A stretch of DNA of 64,000 nucleotides from Podarcis pityusensis (taxonomy: Eukaryota). Made by a program: the position numbers and the translations under genes. Numbering within the stretch: position 1 is the first letter of the stretch; each line of letters opens with the position of its first letter. This document shows positions 1 through 9,695 of the stretch, in pieces. The notes below the pieces were generated by a model. That model was given only the letters and a program-made list of their open reading frames with translations. It did no database searches and was not told where the DNA came from. The stretch is from NCBI GenBank assembly GCA_964106645.2, contig CAXKZF020000028.1. One strand, written 5' to 3'.

Positions 1-236
1 GTCTCGGCGTCCGAGGACGTCGACCGGTCCGCCGTCGCGGACGTGGCGGCACGCCGGGGCCTGAACTTGGCGGCGGTTCATGCTGCAGCCTCCGCCCTAT
101 ACCAAGCCGAGGAACATCGCCGCGGCATCGGCGGTCAGGTCGCACGCGGCATTAGCTATCGCCACTACCAAGACGCGGTCGACGCGCTCGCTGCGGCAGC
201 CAACGTCAACGCGCCCGGTGGGATCGGGGGTCAGCG

Positions 237-410
237 GTGACGGGCCCGCGCCGTAGCCGTGCGCCGCGCCCCGAGCGCGGGCCGGGTGTCCCCGCCCGGT
301 GGGCGCAGGACTGCACCGTGTGCGGTGAACCCATCACGCTCGGGCAACTGGTCGTCGCGAACACGGGCCGTCTCGGAGCCGCGCACATCGCCTGCAAGGC
401 ACGCGAGTGA
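237..410 (+). CDS. Small Zn-binding hypothetical protein (not in ORF track)
   Basis: 57-aa ORF with CTVC...HIAC; GTGA overlap with the upstream stop. Confidence 0.55.
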   Translation: MTGPRRSRAPRPERGPGVPARWAQDCTVCGEPITLGQLVVANTGRLGAAHIACKARE

Positions 411-442
411 ACCCCACCGACGAACATGAGGGAGACACGCCC

Positions 443-685
443 ATGACCGAACAACCTGTGGTGCCGTCGGGCGTGATCCGCGGCACCGTCGACCTCGTCG
501 ACACACCCACGGCGCGCGCCATTCTCGGGCTGCCGCGGTCGTCGTTCCACTACTGGACGGCGCGGGGTTACCTGAAGCCAGCGGCGTGCGTGAACTCGGC
601 GTTCGTGTGGCATCGCGCGGACGTGGTCGCGTTCCGTCCGGTCTTGGACGGGTTGCAGCTCCCCCGGAAGAAGGACGCGTCGTGA
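443..685 (+). CDS. MerR/excisionase-like HTH DNA-binding protein
   Basis: LVDTPTARAILGLPRSSFHYWTARGYLKP..VWHRADV; RBS GAGGGAGA. Confidence 0.65.
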   Translation: MTEQPVVPSGVIRGTVDLVDTPTARAILGLPRSSFHYWTARGYLKPAACVNSAFVWHRADVVAFRPVLDGLQLPRKKDAS

Positions 686-710
686 CCGGCGCGCCGGAGG
701 TGATGCCGTC

Positions 711-905
711 GTGACGGACAAGGTCACGTCCCGCGCGCGGGACCTCGCGGCGTCCGCTCAACGGTGGGCGGACATGGCGGAGTCCCGCGCGAACATCGCC
801 TACGACGACGGCGACCTCACCGGCGTCCCTGCCGTCCTGGTCGCCGCTGCCGTGTCCCTCACGTACACGGCCGCCAGCATCGCCTACATGTTCACCCACG
901 ACTAA
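711..905 (+). CDS. Hypothetical protein
   Basis: GGAGGTGA RBS upstream, co-oriented. Confidence 0.55.
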   Translation: MTDKVTSRARDLAASAQRWADMAESRANIAYDDGDLTGVPAVLVAAAVSLTYTAASIAYMFTHD

Positions 906-975
906 CCACCCACCCCTCATCGCGCCCCGCCACCCACCTCGGGTGGCGGGGCGCACCCAACGCCTGGGAGGTCAC

Positions 976-1563
976 GTGCCGTCTCGTCCCGCCCGCCCTA
1001 CGCTCGCCGCAGTTCTCGTCGCGGCGGCGTCCCTCACTGCCCGTGGAGGTTCCATGCCCACTCCCGATGATGCTCGGACCGTGGCCGAAGCCCGCCTCGC
1101 TGGGCTTGCCGCGTCAACGCTCGCGGAGTCCCCGTCAACCGTCGATGTCGCCCGGTCCATGCTGCGGGCCGCGCAATACCTACGCGCCACCGGCGGCGGC
1201 GTCACTTATCCAGCCGTCGTCGAGTCCGTCCACGATGGTGACTCGTTGAAGGTGATCGGTCTGGTCCGGGAAGGTCTCGCTGACGACGCTGAATCCGCGC
1301 GTCTGGTCCGGGTCACGGTCCGGTTGGCCGGGATCAACACGCCTGAACTGAACGACTCTGACCCGGCGGTCAGGGAGAGGGCGAAAGCGGCGCGTGACCG
1401 GCTTCGTGCCCTGCTACCGGCCGGGACGCTTGTCACCGTCACCGACCAAGGCCGGGAGAAGTACGGCCGCACCCTCGCCGTCATCACGACCCACGGTGGC
1501 GCGGTTGCTGACACCCTCATCGCCGAAGGCCACGGCAACCCCTACAACGGTGGGCCTCGATGA
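976..1563 (+). CDS. Thermonuclease (staphylococcal nuclease-like); start uncertain (976 or 1054)
   Basis: VHDGDSL, VRLAGINTPEL, EKYGRTLA, LIAEGHG motifs. Confidence 0.85.
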   Translation: MPSRPARPTLAAVLVAAASLTARGGSMPTPDDARTVAEARLAGLAASTLAESPSTVDVARSMLRAAQYLRATGGGVTYPAVVESVHDGDSLKVIGLVREGLADDAESARLVRVTVRLAGINTPELNDSDPAVRERAKAARDRLRALLPAGTLVTVTDQGREKYGRTLAVITTHGGAVADTLIAEGHGNPYNGGPR

Positions 1564-1589
1564 CCCGCCCCGACCCGAAAGGGAACCCC

Positions 1590-2060
1590 ATGACCGACCC
1601 GACACCCACCCCCGCCGAAAGCCTGCCCCGGTTTACGGAACCCCCGCCCCGACCCACCGACAGCAACCTCGCCCAGCACGCCTGGGACGAGCTGAACCGT
1701 GCAGGCCTGTTCACAACCGACGGCGACTTCGACGGCGGCATGACCGGCCGCGCGCTCCTGGAACTTGTGGAGACATTTGCCGCGCAGGACTACTCCGAGA
1801 GTCAGTTCGTGGAGACATTCGCTGCGCAGGGCCACTCCGGCATCTCGGCCCTGAGAGTCGCGCTCATTTTCGAGCGGCTGTGTCGGTTTGAGGTGCTGTC
1901 ACCGCTCACCGACAACCCCGACGAGTGGAGTGACGTCGGCGGCGGGCTGTGGCAGTCACGGCGCAACTCAAAGGCGTTCAGCAACGACGGGGGGCGCACG
2001 TACCGCCTGAACAGCTCCCGCGACGTCCTGCACCAGTCCGAACCGGCGGTGACGTCATGA
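1590..2060 (+). CDS. Phage hypothetical protein
   Basis: RBS GAAAGGGA; FAAQGHSG..LSPLTDNPDEW..WQSRR..FSNDGG. Confidence 0.7.
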   Translation: MTDPTPTPAESLPRFTEPPPRPTDSNLAQHAWDELNRAGLFTTDGDFDGGMTGRALLELVETFAAQDYSESQFVETFAAQGHSGISALRVALIFERLCRFEVLSPLTDNPDEWSDVGGGLWQSRRNSKAFSNDGGRTYRLNSSRDVLHQSEPAVTS

Positions 2061-2227
2061 ACGGCGACGACGCGGTCGCGCTGCTTCGCGCCGCGCTGGC
2101 GTCCCGGTGCGGGCACTGGCAGACGACCACCAGCCCCGGCAGGTCCGAGGAAACATGCACCGACTGCGGGCGGGTCCTGCCCCGCGGCTGGCACGATATG
2201 GACGAGGCGGAGAAGGAACAGTGGTGA
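2057..2227 (+). CDS. Small Cys/His hypothetical protein
   Basis: ATGA overlap; CGH..CTDCG. Confidence 0.5.
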   Translation: MNGDDAVALLRAALASRCGHWQTTTSPGRSEETCTDCGRVLPRGWHDMDEAEKEQW

Positions 2228-2229
2228 CC

Positions 2230-2454
2230 ATGAACGACAACTGGCGAGCCTCGGCACGGTACGCCGGAGCTGACCGCGACCCCTCGCACCTGGACGTCGT
2301 CTTCAACGCCGATGGCCGCGTCGCTATCACCGTCCACGACGGGGAAGACTTGATGAACGGGGCACGCCGCGCGCGGGTAGTTCTGAACGTGCGGCAGCGG
2401 CAGGCGCTTGCCAGGCGGCTACTGGACAACCTGCCGACGAAGGAAGGACGGTGA
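2230..2454 (+). CDS. Hypothetical protein
   Basis: Tightly packed ORF in + operon. Confidence 0.55.
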   Translation: MNDNWRASARYAGADRDPSHLDVVFNADGRVAITVHDGEDLMNGARRARVVLNVRQRQALARRLLDNLPTKEGR

Positions 2455-2765
2455 ACCGGCGTCCGACGATCACGGCCGAACATGTGGAGGCCGCCTCGAC
2501 GGTGCAGGCGATGGCGGGTTACGCCGTGTCATACCCCGGTGTTGAGGTTCGGGTTGAGTACAGGCACGGTAACCATGTGTCTGCGCTCAGCGCGCTCGAT
2601 CGCGCGGTCGAGGACGTCCGTCAACAGATCGCCGCCACCATCAACGGTGGCGCCGTAATCGTGGGCGGACCCGACGTGCAAGACGAAAGGACGGAGGGCG
2701 GCCGGGTCCATCCGTCAGCAGATCGCCGCAGCCGGTTCACCACGACTAAGGGAGACACCCCATGA
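2451..2765 (+). CDS. Hypothetical protein
   Basis: GTGA/ATGA overlaps, RBS AAGGAAGG. Confidence 0.55.
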   Translation: MNRRPTITAEHVEAASTVQAMAGYAVSYPGVEVRVEYRHGNHVSALSALDRAVEDVRQQIAATINGGAVIVGGPDVQDERTEGGRVHPSADRRSRFTTTKGDTP

Positions 2766-3394
2766 CCGACCCGGAATCCACCCCCGCCGACGGGTGGAAC
2801 TCCCGCTTGTGGCTCGAAGCCGTTGCCACCGCCACCGACATCACCGCGCAGCAGAAAGTCGTCCTGTTCCTGCTCGAAACCAAGTTCAGCGACCGGGAGA
2901 CAGGCGCCGGGGCATGGCCCTCTGCGGAGACCATCGGACGGCATCTCAGCATGAGCCGACAAGCCGCGCACGGGCACATGAAGGCGCTGCGCGCCGCAGG
3001 GTGGCTTGTCATGGTCGAACCCGCCAACAACCGGGGCGGCGCCGTGTACCGGCTCGGCTTCGGAGGGCGACCCATGCCCGTTCCGGAGCCCAGGGAAACA
3101 CCGGCTGTCGAGTCCTCCACACCTGAGTCCCCCGACATGCAGGCCCCGAAACCCGCCGCCGGAAACGGTGTCGCTCTCACACCCTCCGCCGCCGCCGACT
3201 ATCTCGGATGCTGCGAAGCGACGGTTCGTCGCCGCGTCCGGGATGGAACCCTGCCCGCCGTGAGGTTCGGGCCACGGATGATCCGGCTACGCGTAGAAGA
3301 CCTCGACGCGTTCCTTCAGTCCGGGCCTGCAGTAGCACCCCCGAGCGTGGTGCGTGAGCTGCCCGTCAGTGCGCGGCCGGTGATCTTGGAGTGA
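2762..3394 (+). CDS. Two-domain DNA-binding protein: N-terminal winged HTH plus C-terminal excisionase-type HTH
   Basis: AWPSAETIGRHLSMSRQAAHGHMKALRAAGWL and LTPSAAADYLGCCEATVRRRVRDGTLPAVRFGPRMIR. Confidence 0.75.
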   Translation: MTDPESTPADGWNSRLWLEAVATATDITAQQKVVLFLLETKFSDRETGAGAWPSAETIGRHLSMSRQAAHGHMKALRAAGWLVMVEPANNRGGAVYRLGFGGRPMPVPEPRETPAVESSTPESPDMQAPKPAAGNGVALTPSAAADYLGCCEATVRRRVRDGTLPAVRFGPRMIRLRVEDLDAFLQSGPAVAPPSVVRELPVSARPVILE

Positions 3395-3571
3395 GTATGG
3401 GGGCGCCCGCCGCGAGTAAGCGGTGCGCCACCCACTGAACCGGTCGTGACCTGCGATCATTACATCAGGTACCCCACAACTGAATACGCCCCTCACACCC
3501 ACGACGCCGCACACGCCCTGACCTCACCGGGGTGTGTGCGGCGTCGCACACGCCAGGGAGAACGCCGCGAC

Positions 3572-4459
3572 ATGGACCAAGCCGCCCAGACCTGCATCTG
3601 CTCCCGACCCACACCAGACGGCTACCTCTGCCACGTCTGCACCATCAACATGCGCGGAAACCTCCACGGCGTCGCCTACCTCGCCCGCGGCCTCGACGAG
3701 AAACGCGCCCGATACTCCGCGATCACCTACAGCCACGGCCGGTCACGCAGCGCCGACACCCCCATCCCCTACGACCCCCGCGTCACCACCATCACCGCCG
3801 CCGCGTTGAACGCGTTACGGCCCGCCGCCGCGCTCGTGTGGGACCGCCGCCGACCCGCAGTCCACGTCAACCCTCACAGCCTCGGAGCCGTCGCGACCTG
3901 GCTGACCTCACACACCACGTGGATACGCACCCAACCCGAAGCGCCCAACATCGCCGCCGCGATCGAACGCGCCCACGACCAACTCACCCGCCTTTTCGAC
4001 AAACCACCCGACCGGCTTTACCTCGGCGTGTGCGGCGCCACCCGCGACGCCGGCGCCACCTGCGACGAAGCGTTGTACGTCGAAGCGCGCACCATCACCG
4101 GGCACCGCGACCGCGTCGAAGCTGGCACCGCCGCGACGACCTGCGTGTGCGGGTACACCCACGACGTCAAAGCGCGCCGCGACGACATCGCCTACCAGCT
4201 CGGCCGGTACCAAGCGACCATGACCGAGCTCGTCCGGCTCTCGCCTATCCTCGTCGCAGGCGGTGTCACTCACGCGAAACTGAAACGGTTGTCCGTGGAC
4301 CGTCGATTCGTTAGCGTCGGAGCCCGGAAAGTGTCGAATACGCGCGGGCAATGGGTGGAAGTCCCGACCTACCGGATCGCTGACGTGCAACACGCCATCG
4401 AAGCAGCCGCCGGGAACACTCGCCCCCGAACCGGCGAGAATGCTACGCTAAGCGCGTAG
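3572..4459 (+). CDS. Zn-finger phage protein, possible late transcriptional regulator
   Basis: CIC..LCHVC, LGVCG..CDEALY..CVCG, C-terminal YRIADV; position upstream of the packaging module. Confidence 0.6.
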   Translation: MDQAAQTCICSRPTPDGYLCHVCTINMRGNLHGVAYLARGLDEKRARYSAITYSHGRSRSADTPIPYDPRVTTITAAALNALRPAAALVWDRRRPAVHVNPHSLGAVATWLTSHTTWIRTQPEAPNIAAAIERAHDQLTRLFDKPPDRLYLGVCGATRDAGATCDEALYVEARTITGHRDRVEAGTAATTCVCGYTHDVKARRDDIAYQLGRYQATMTELVRLSPILVAGGVTHAKLKRLSVDRRFVSVGARKVSNTRGQWVEVPTYRIADVQHAIEAAAGNTRPRTGENATLSA

Positions 4460-4508
4460 CGGCACGCGTACACGCTGACGCCCCCGCCCACCAACTACAT
4501 TTCATCGG

Positions 4509-4542
4509 AAGGAAGCCACCCCGACACGGGGTGGCTTTCCTT
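4509..4542 (+). terminator. Intrinsic terminator-like hairpin
   Basis: AAGGAAGCCACCCC-gacac-GGGGTGGCTTTCCTT. Confidence 0.7.
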
Positions 4543-4638
4543 ATGCCCCCACCACCTTCGTCGGGGCGTCAACGCGACGGCCGCACCCCGTGACCCCGAC
4601 GCTCCCTCTCTCGGGCGTGACAGCGGGAACAGGGTTCA

Positions 4639-5115
4639 ATGAATCGCGAAGGCGCACTGGACCCCACAGGGCGGCCATTCCTGGGGTCTGCAGCGGGCGA
4701 CCTGCGCCCCGACGAACCAAGAGCAGAGAAGGCGGGTGTTCCGCGAGTGAACAAGTACCGGGCAGACTCCATCATGAGGGCACTGGATGCCGGTCTGCGG
4801 GTCGCGTACGTTGCGGACGGGCGGGCGGGGGAGGCCGCGTTCGACGCGTTCATCACCAGCGGGCTGGTGCCGGCGGGATGGTCCACCCGTCGGGCGCGCG
4901 GGGAGCAGCGTGTTGAATCGCCGAATGGTGGGTCGTTGCGGTTCTACCGGTCTGCGACGTCGATGCGCGGGGCGACCGTGGACATCGTCTACCTGGAAAC
5001 GGTGAAAGCGGGTTCGGCTATAGACCAGCTCGCAGACGTGGCGCCGGCGTTGATGCTGAGCACGGTGGGTGAGCTGGTCCTATGCCCATACCGACCCACC
5101 GTCGACGTCCACTGA
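4639..5115 (+). CDS. Hypothetical protein
   Basis: 158-aa ORF; GGSLRFYRS..MRGATVDIVYLE weakly recalls a terminase/helicase Walker-B segment. Confidence 0.5.
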   Translation: MNREGALDPTGRPFLGSAAGDLRPDEPRAEKAGVPRVNKYRADSIMRALDAGLRVAYVADGRAGEAAFDAFITSGLVPAGWSTRRARGEQRVESPNGGSLRFYRSATSMRGATVDIVYLETVKAGSAIDQLADVAPALMLSTVGELVLCPYRPTVDVH

Positions 5116-5286
5116 CTCTCCCCACAACAGAGCCTCACCCTTGATGAAGCACCACCCCCTACACGGAGCAGCGCCCACCGCGCTGCTCGCTCAACCCCCT
5201 CCCCACGGTTGAGTGTCCGCGGGACACACGCGCCCCCACGCGAATGTCCGCGGCGGACCCACTACGAGCAAGCGCGGAGAACACCA

Positions 5287-5553
5287 ATGCCCACCCCACG
5301 CAACGGCTCAACCCGACAAGGACGCACCGAAAACCAACGCATCCTCGCCGCATCCACCATCTGCCACATCTGCGGCGAACCCGGAGCCGACGCCGTCGAC
5401 CACGTCTACCCCCTCGCGCGAGGCGGAACCGACGACCCAACCAACAAGAAACCCGCACACCACAACACCCCCAACTCCCGCGGCATCAAATGCAACCGCG
5501 CCAAGTCCGACCGCGTCCCCGACGCCCACCTCACCACCTCCCGCCGCTGGTGA
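5287..5553 (+). CDS. HNH endonuclease (terminase-associated)
   Basis: CHICG..VDHVYPLARGG..N..AH..CNRAKSD, directly before the small terminase. Confidence 0.9.
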   Translation: MPTPRNGSTRQGRTENQRILAASTICHICGEPGADAVDHVYPLARGGTDDPTNKKPAHHNTPNSRGIKCNRAKSDRVPDAHLTTSRRW

Positions 5554-5657
5554 CCCCCAGGGGGGGACCCCCCCACCCGCCAACACCGGACCGTTCTCGG
5601 CGTAGGGCCAATATCCCCCCGCACTTCTCGATTGGCCCGAAGGTGGGGTGAGCTCGG
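5554..5657. other. Probable cos/genome-end region
   Basis: Non-coding gap between HNH and terS with an abrupt switch from C/A-rich to G/T-rich strand composition. Confidence 0.55.
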
Positions 5658-6095
5658 GTGGCTGGTGAGTTGGACGGTTTGAGTGAGCGTGGGCGCGCGC
5701 TGTGGGTGTCGCTGGGCCGTGAGGTTGGGACCGCTGACGGGGTGTTGGCGTTGGAGGCGTGCCGTGCCGTTGACCGTCTGGATGAGTTGGACCGGGTCAT
5801 CCACGGGCGGGGTGTCGTGGAGTTGATGCAGTTCCGGGTGCCGCATGCGCTCGACGGTGACGGTGTGGTGACGGTGGAAGTGAAGTTCGACAACGTCCTC
5901 GCGGAGGCGAGACAGCAGCAAGGCGTGTTACGGCAACTGGTCGTGTCACTGATGGCGATGACGGTCCCGGCCGATGATGGCGTGGCCGAACGGATTGTGA
6001 GGACACCACTTGACGAACTCACTGACCGTCGAGCTGCGCGGGGTGCAGGTTCCTCGCCTGCGGGTCATGCCAAGGTGGCGCGAAAGCGCCGGTGA
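5658..6095 (+). CDS. terS: Terminase small subunit
   Basis: GRALW..LEACRAVDRLDEL..LAEARQQ..LDELTDRR; position before terL. Confidence 0.85.
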   Translation: MAGELDGLSERGRALWVSLGREVGTADGVLALEACRAVDRLDELDRVIHGRGVVELMQFRVPHALDGDGVVTVEVKFDNVLAEARQQQGVLRQLVVSLMAMTVPADDGVAERIVRTPLDELTDRRAARGAGSSPAGHAKVARKRR

Positions 6096-7503
6096 GGATG
6101 CAGCGTTCTTGTCGCAGGCGTATGGGTTAGCGCCGGATGAGTGGCAGTCCCTCGTCGTGGATGACGTCCTCTCGGTTCGAGCTGACGATCGGTGGGTGTG
6201 TTCCCGTGTCGGGTTGTCATGTCCTCGACAGAACGGGAAGAACGGCATCATCGAGGTCGTCGAGTTGTTCAAGATGGTCGTGTTGGGTCGGAAGATTCTG
6301 CATACGGCGCACGAGGTGAAGACGGCGCGCAAGGCGTTTCTGAGGTTGACGTCGTTCTTCGAGAACGAACGTAGGCATCCTGAGTTGGCGGCGATGGTCC
6401 GCGAGATTCGACGGACGAACGGGCAAGAGGCGATCTTCTTGCACGGCCGTGAGTGCGGTCGGGAACCGAAGTGCGGGTGCACGGACGGCGCGTCCTGTGA
6501 GTTCATCGCCCGGTCCAAGGGGTCGGGTCGTGGGTTCACCGTCGATGACCTCGTGTTCGATGAGGCGCAAGAGTTGGACGACTTCTCCTATGCGGCGCTG
6601 CTCCCGACGATCTCGTCTGCACCGTCGGGTAACCCGCAGCAGTTGATCTGCGGGACGCCACCGGGCCCGCGTGACAACGGTGAGGTGTTCACGCGGTTAC
6701 GTAAGTCAGCGTTGACTGGTGACGCGCCTCGCACGGGCTGGTTGGAGTGGTCGTTCGGTCCTGGCTCGGACTATGACGACCGTCATCAGTGGGCCGCCGC
6801 GAATCCTGCGCTGGGTGGCCGGCTGGGTGTGCGTGAGGTCGAGGATGAGCGGGTCGCGATGGACGACGCGACGTTCGCGCGTGAACGCGGCGGGGTGTGG
6901 GCGTCAGAGTCGGGTAGCCGTGCAGTGATCCCAGCTTCGACGTGGGACGCGCTGCTCGACGTCGACTCGGAACCAATTGACCAGTTGGCGTTGAGCGTGG
7001 ACATGGCACCGGAGGGTGCGACCACCTCGATTGGTGTCGCGGGTCGACGCGCTGATGACAGGTGGCATGTCGAACTGATCGAGCAGCGGTCCGGGTCGGC
7101 GTGGGTTCCTGCGCGGGTCGCTGAGGTTGTGCGGCGCAACGGGATCGGGCCGGTCGTTATTGATGGGGTGTCACCGGCGATGGCATTGGTGGAGCCGCTG
7201 CGCGCGGTTGGGGTGACGGTGACGGTGACTGGTGCCCGGGATGCGGGGCAGGCGTGCGGGTCGTTCTACCGGTTGGCGATGGAGGACGGTTTACGGCATG
7301 TCGGGCAGCCGCAGGCTGCGACGTCGATGTCGTTGGCGCGGAAACGCGCGATCGGTCGTGAGGGGTTGTGGGGGTGGGGTCGAGCTTTGTCGGGTGCGGA
7401 CATCTCCCCCACTGTGACGATGACGCTCGCCCTGTGGGGTGCGATGTCGTCGACTGCGAAGAGGCAACCGAAGACGCGCGGCCGCGCAGTGTTCAGGGGG
7501 TGA
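6010..7503 (+). CDS. terL: Terminase large subunit (start may be 6043 or 6067)
   Basis: PRQNGKNG Walker A, LVFDEAQ Walker B, GTPP, ANPALG, C-terminal DISP. Confidence 0.95.
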   Translation: MTNSLTVELRGVQVPRLRVMPRWRESAGEDAAFLSQAYGLAPDEWQSLVVDDVLSVRADDRWVCSRVGLSCPRQNGKNGIIEVVELFKMVVLGRKILHTAHEVKTARKAFLRLTSFFENERRHPELAAMVREIRRTNGQEAIFLHGRECGREPKCGCTDGASCEFIARSKGSGRGFTVDDLVFDEAQELDDFSYAALLPTISSAPSGNPQQLICGTPPGPRDNGEVFTRLRKSALTGDAPRTGWLEWSFGPGSDYDDRHQWAAANPALGGRLGVREVEDERVAMDDATFARERGGVWASESGSRAVIPASTWDALLDVDSEPIDQLALSVDMAPEGATTSIGVAGRRADDRWHVELIEQRSGSAWVPARVAEVVRRNGIGPVVIDGVSPAMALVEPLRAVGVTVTVTGARDAGQACGSFYRLAMEDGLRHVGQPQAATSMSLARKRAIGREGLWGWGRALSGADISPTVTMTLALWGAMSSTAKRQPKTRGRAVFRG

Positions 7504-7510
7504 CGTTGTC

Positions 7511-8965
7511 ATGTTGAGTCAACGGAACGCCTTGGAGTTGGCGTTGCAGGTGTGGAACGGGCCGCGGCGCGCTGAGCTGCCGCGCTTGGACCGGATCGAC
7601 GCGGCGATGCGTGTCCCCGCGCCGGTGTCGCGTGCCGGTCAGGGCCGAGCTGACGGGTTGCGGGCTCCGTTCGCGGAAGGGTTCTCGACGTCGGTGTCGA
7701 TCCCTGACGACGCGCCGCCGGTGGTGTTCGAGTTGGCGCGGAAGTCGGAGACGAACTATCTGCCGTTGCTGGTGCGGGTGTTCCGGCAGTCGTTGCGGGT
7801 CGAGGGGTATTTGACGTCGGTCCCTGCGGAGGAATCGCCGTGGCGGTGGTGGCAGCGGAACCGGTTCGACGCCCGCCAGGTCGGGTTGCATGATGCGGCG
7901 TTGAAGTATGGCGGCGCGTACACGCGGGTGTTGCCGGGCAATTCCGGTCCGTACGCTCGAGCGTACAGCCCACGGGTGATGACCGCCGTCTACGGCGACC
8001 CAGAGTTCGATGAGTGGCCGATCTGCACTGTCCACGTGGATGGGTCCTACGCGAACGGCGCCCATCTCGTGCTGACGGATGAGGAAGCCGAGTACCGGTT
8101 CGGGATCGAGGCGGGCGGCGCAGGCCAGCGTGTCGTTGGTGGCGTGCCGGCGGCGTCAGCGGCGATGGGCCCGAACCGGTTGACGTTCATCGAGTACAAC
8201 GTGCACGGGGTCGGGTTCTGCCCGACCGTCCGATACCGGGACGAATGCCTGCTGGACGGGGAGGAACAGTACGGCATCGTCGAACCCCTCATCGTCATCC
8301 AGGAACGGATCGACGAGACGAACTTCGGGCAGATGGTCGCGCAGTACTTCGGCGCGTTCAAGCAGCGCGCTGTCCTCGGTTGGGTGCCGGAATCCGAAGC
8401 GGAAGAGTTGAAGGCCGGCGCGTCGAGGATCTGGTATCTGGACGTCGACAAAGACCAGGTCGACATCAAGGAACTGTCCGAAACTGACTTGACCCGGTAC
8501 ATCGAATCCGGGAAGTCCGCGCGGCGTGACTTCGCGGCCATCGGTCAAATCCCCGCCGGGAACCTCGGGGTCGACTCGATCAGCAACATCAGCGACGCGA
8601 CGTTGGCTGGCTTGGACAAGTCCAGGAACGAACGATCCGGTGAGATCGCGTTGAGTTTCGGTGAGTCGCACGAGCAGACGTTGCGGCTGATGGCGTTAAT
8701 CGCCGGCGACGAGGCGGCGGCGCAGGACTGGGACAGCGAGGCCCGCTGGGCGGAACGTGAGGCGCGGACGTGGGCCGGTCAAATCGACGGTTTGGTGAAG
8801 CTCGTCCAGTCCAGCATCCTGACGGCTGACACTGCGGTCGACATGGTCCCAGGCCTCACCGATCAGCAGGTCGAGTTAGCGCGTGCGGATGCACGTAAGG
8901 CGCGCTCGGCGGCGACGGTGTCCGCGTTGAGAGGTAACCGTGGCGCTGTCCCCGACTCTGTCTGA
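7511..8965 (+). CDS. Portal protein
   Basis: Follows terL; TNYLPLLV, WQRNRFDARQ, GIVEPLIVIQERID, FGESHEQ. Confidence 0.9.
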   Translation: MLSQRNALELALQVWNGPRRAELPRLDRIDAAMRVPAPVSRAGQGRADGLRAPFAEGFSTSVSIPDDAPPVVFELARKSETNYLPLLVRVFRQSLRVEGYLTSVPAEESPWRWWQRNRFDARQVGLHDAALKYGGAYTRVLPGNSGPYARAYSPRVMTAVYGDPEFDEWPICTVHVDGSYANGAHLVLTDEEAEYRFGIEAGGAGQRVVGGVPAASAAMGPNRLTFIEYNVHGVGFCPTVRYRDECLLDGEEQYGIVEPLIVIQERIDETNFGQMVAQYFGAFKQRAVLGWVPESEAEELKAGASRIWYLDVDKDQVDIKELSETDLTRYIESGKSARRDFAAIGQIPAGNLGVDSISNISDATLAGLDKSRNERSGEIALSFGESHEQTLRLMALIAGDEAAAQDWDSEARWAEREARTWAGQIDGLVKLVQSSILTADTAVDMVPGLTDQQVELARADARKARSAATVSALRGNRGAVPDSV

Positions 8966-9635
8966 CGTCCTGGGCTGGCGGGCCGTGATGGCGTCGCTGG
9001 CGGGTGAAGTGACCGACGACGTCGACGCGTTAGCTCAGTCGTGGCGGTGGGGGTCCGCTGACGCTGTCCGCGACGACGCGTTGGCGTCGATGCCGGATGT
9101 AGTGATGGCGTGGGCTGACACGGCTGCAGGGTTAGCGGCGGACCAGTACGACGTGTGGCGTGATGACGCCGACGTACGTGGACGGTTCACGGCGACACCA
9201 GCGCAGACGGCCAGCGAGGACCAGGTCGCGGCGGGTATCCGTAACGCGTTGGGGTCTCTGTACGGTCCGTCACCGGATGACGTGGCGGTGCGGTCGCTGC
9301 TGTCGGGGTTAGCGACCCGGCATGTCGTGGCCGGCGCGGGCGACACGATCGTCGCTGCGACTGCCGCGGACCCGACCGCTGTCGGGTGGTCGCGGCACAC
9401 GAAAGGCGCGGGCGCGTGCAAGTTCTGCCGGATGCTCGCTGGGCGGGGCGCGGTGTACCGGTCGGAGGATTCCGTCCGGTTCAAGTCTCACGACAACTGC
9501 ATGTGCTCAGTCGCGCCGTCGTGGGACCCGCAGGCGCAGCAGCCGACGGCGCTGCAGTACGTCGCGTCACGGCGGGCGTCGACCCCGTCTGATCGTGCCC
9601 GTGTCCGAGCGTTCCTCGCTGACATGCCCGACTGA
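8940..9635 (+). CDS. MuF-like head morphogenesis protein
   Basis: ACKFCRMLAGRGAVY..HDNCMC after the portal. Confidence 0.8.
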   Translation: MALSPTLSDVLGWRAVMASLAGEVTDDVDALAQSWRWGSADAVRDDALASMPDVVMAWADTAAGLAADQYDVWRDDADVRGRFTATPAQTASEDQVAAGIRNALGSLYGPSPDDVAVRSLLSGLATRHVVAGAGDTIVAATAADPTAVGWSRHTKGAGACKFCRMLAGRGAVYRSEDSVRFKSHDNCMCSVAPSWDPQAQQPTALQYVASRRASTPSDRARVRAFLADMPD

Positions 9636-9695
9636 CGCCCCTCAAATTTCCGCCGCCGCAACGGAGGCGACCGATCCCGAAACGGGAGACCCGCA

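Noticed and set aside
1767-1830. 42-bp-spaced duplication encoding VETFAAQ twice
   Set aside because: Small in-frame duplication with no evident significance
3446-3456. TGACCTGCG motif (also near 63769, with a variant near 42280)
   Set aside because: Too short and too few copies to assign a function
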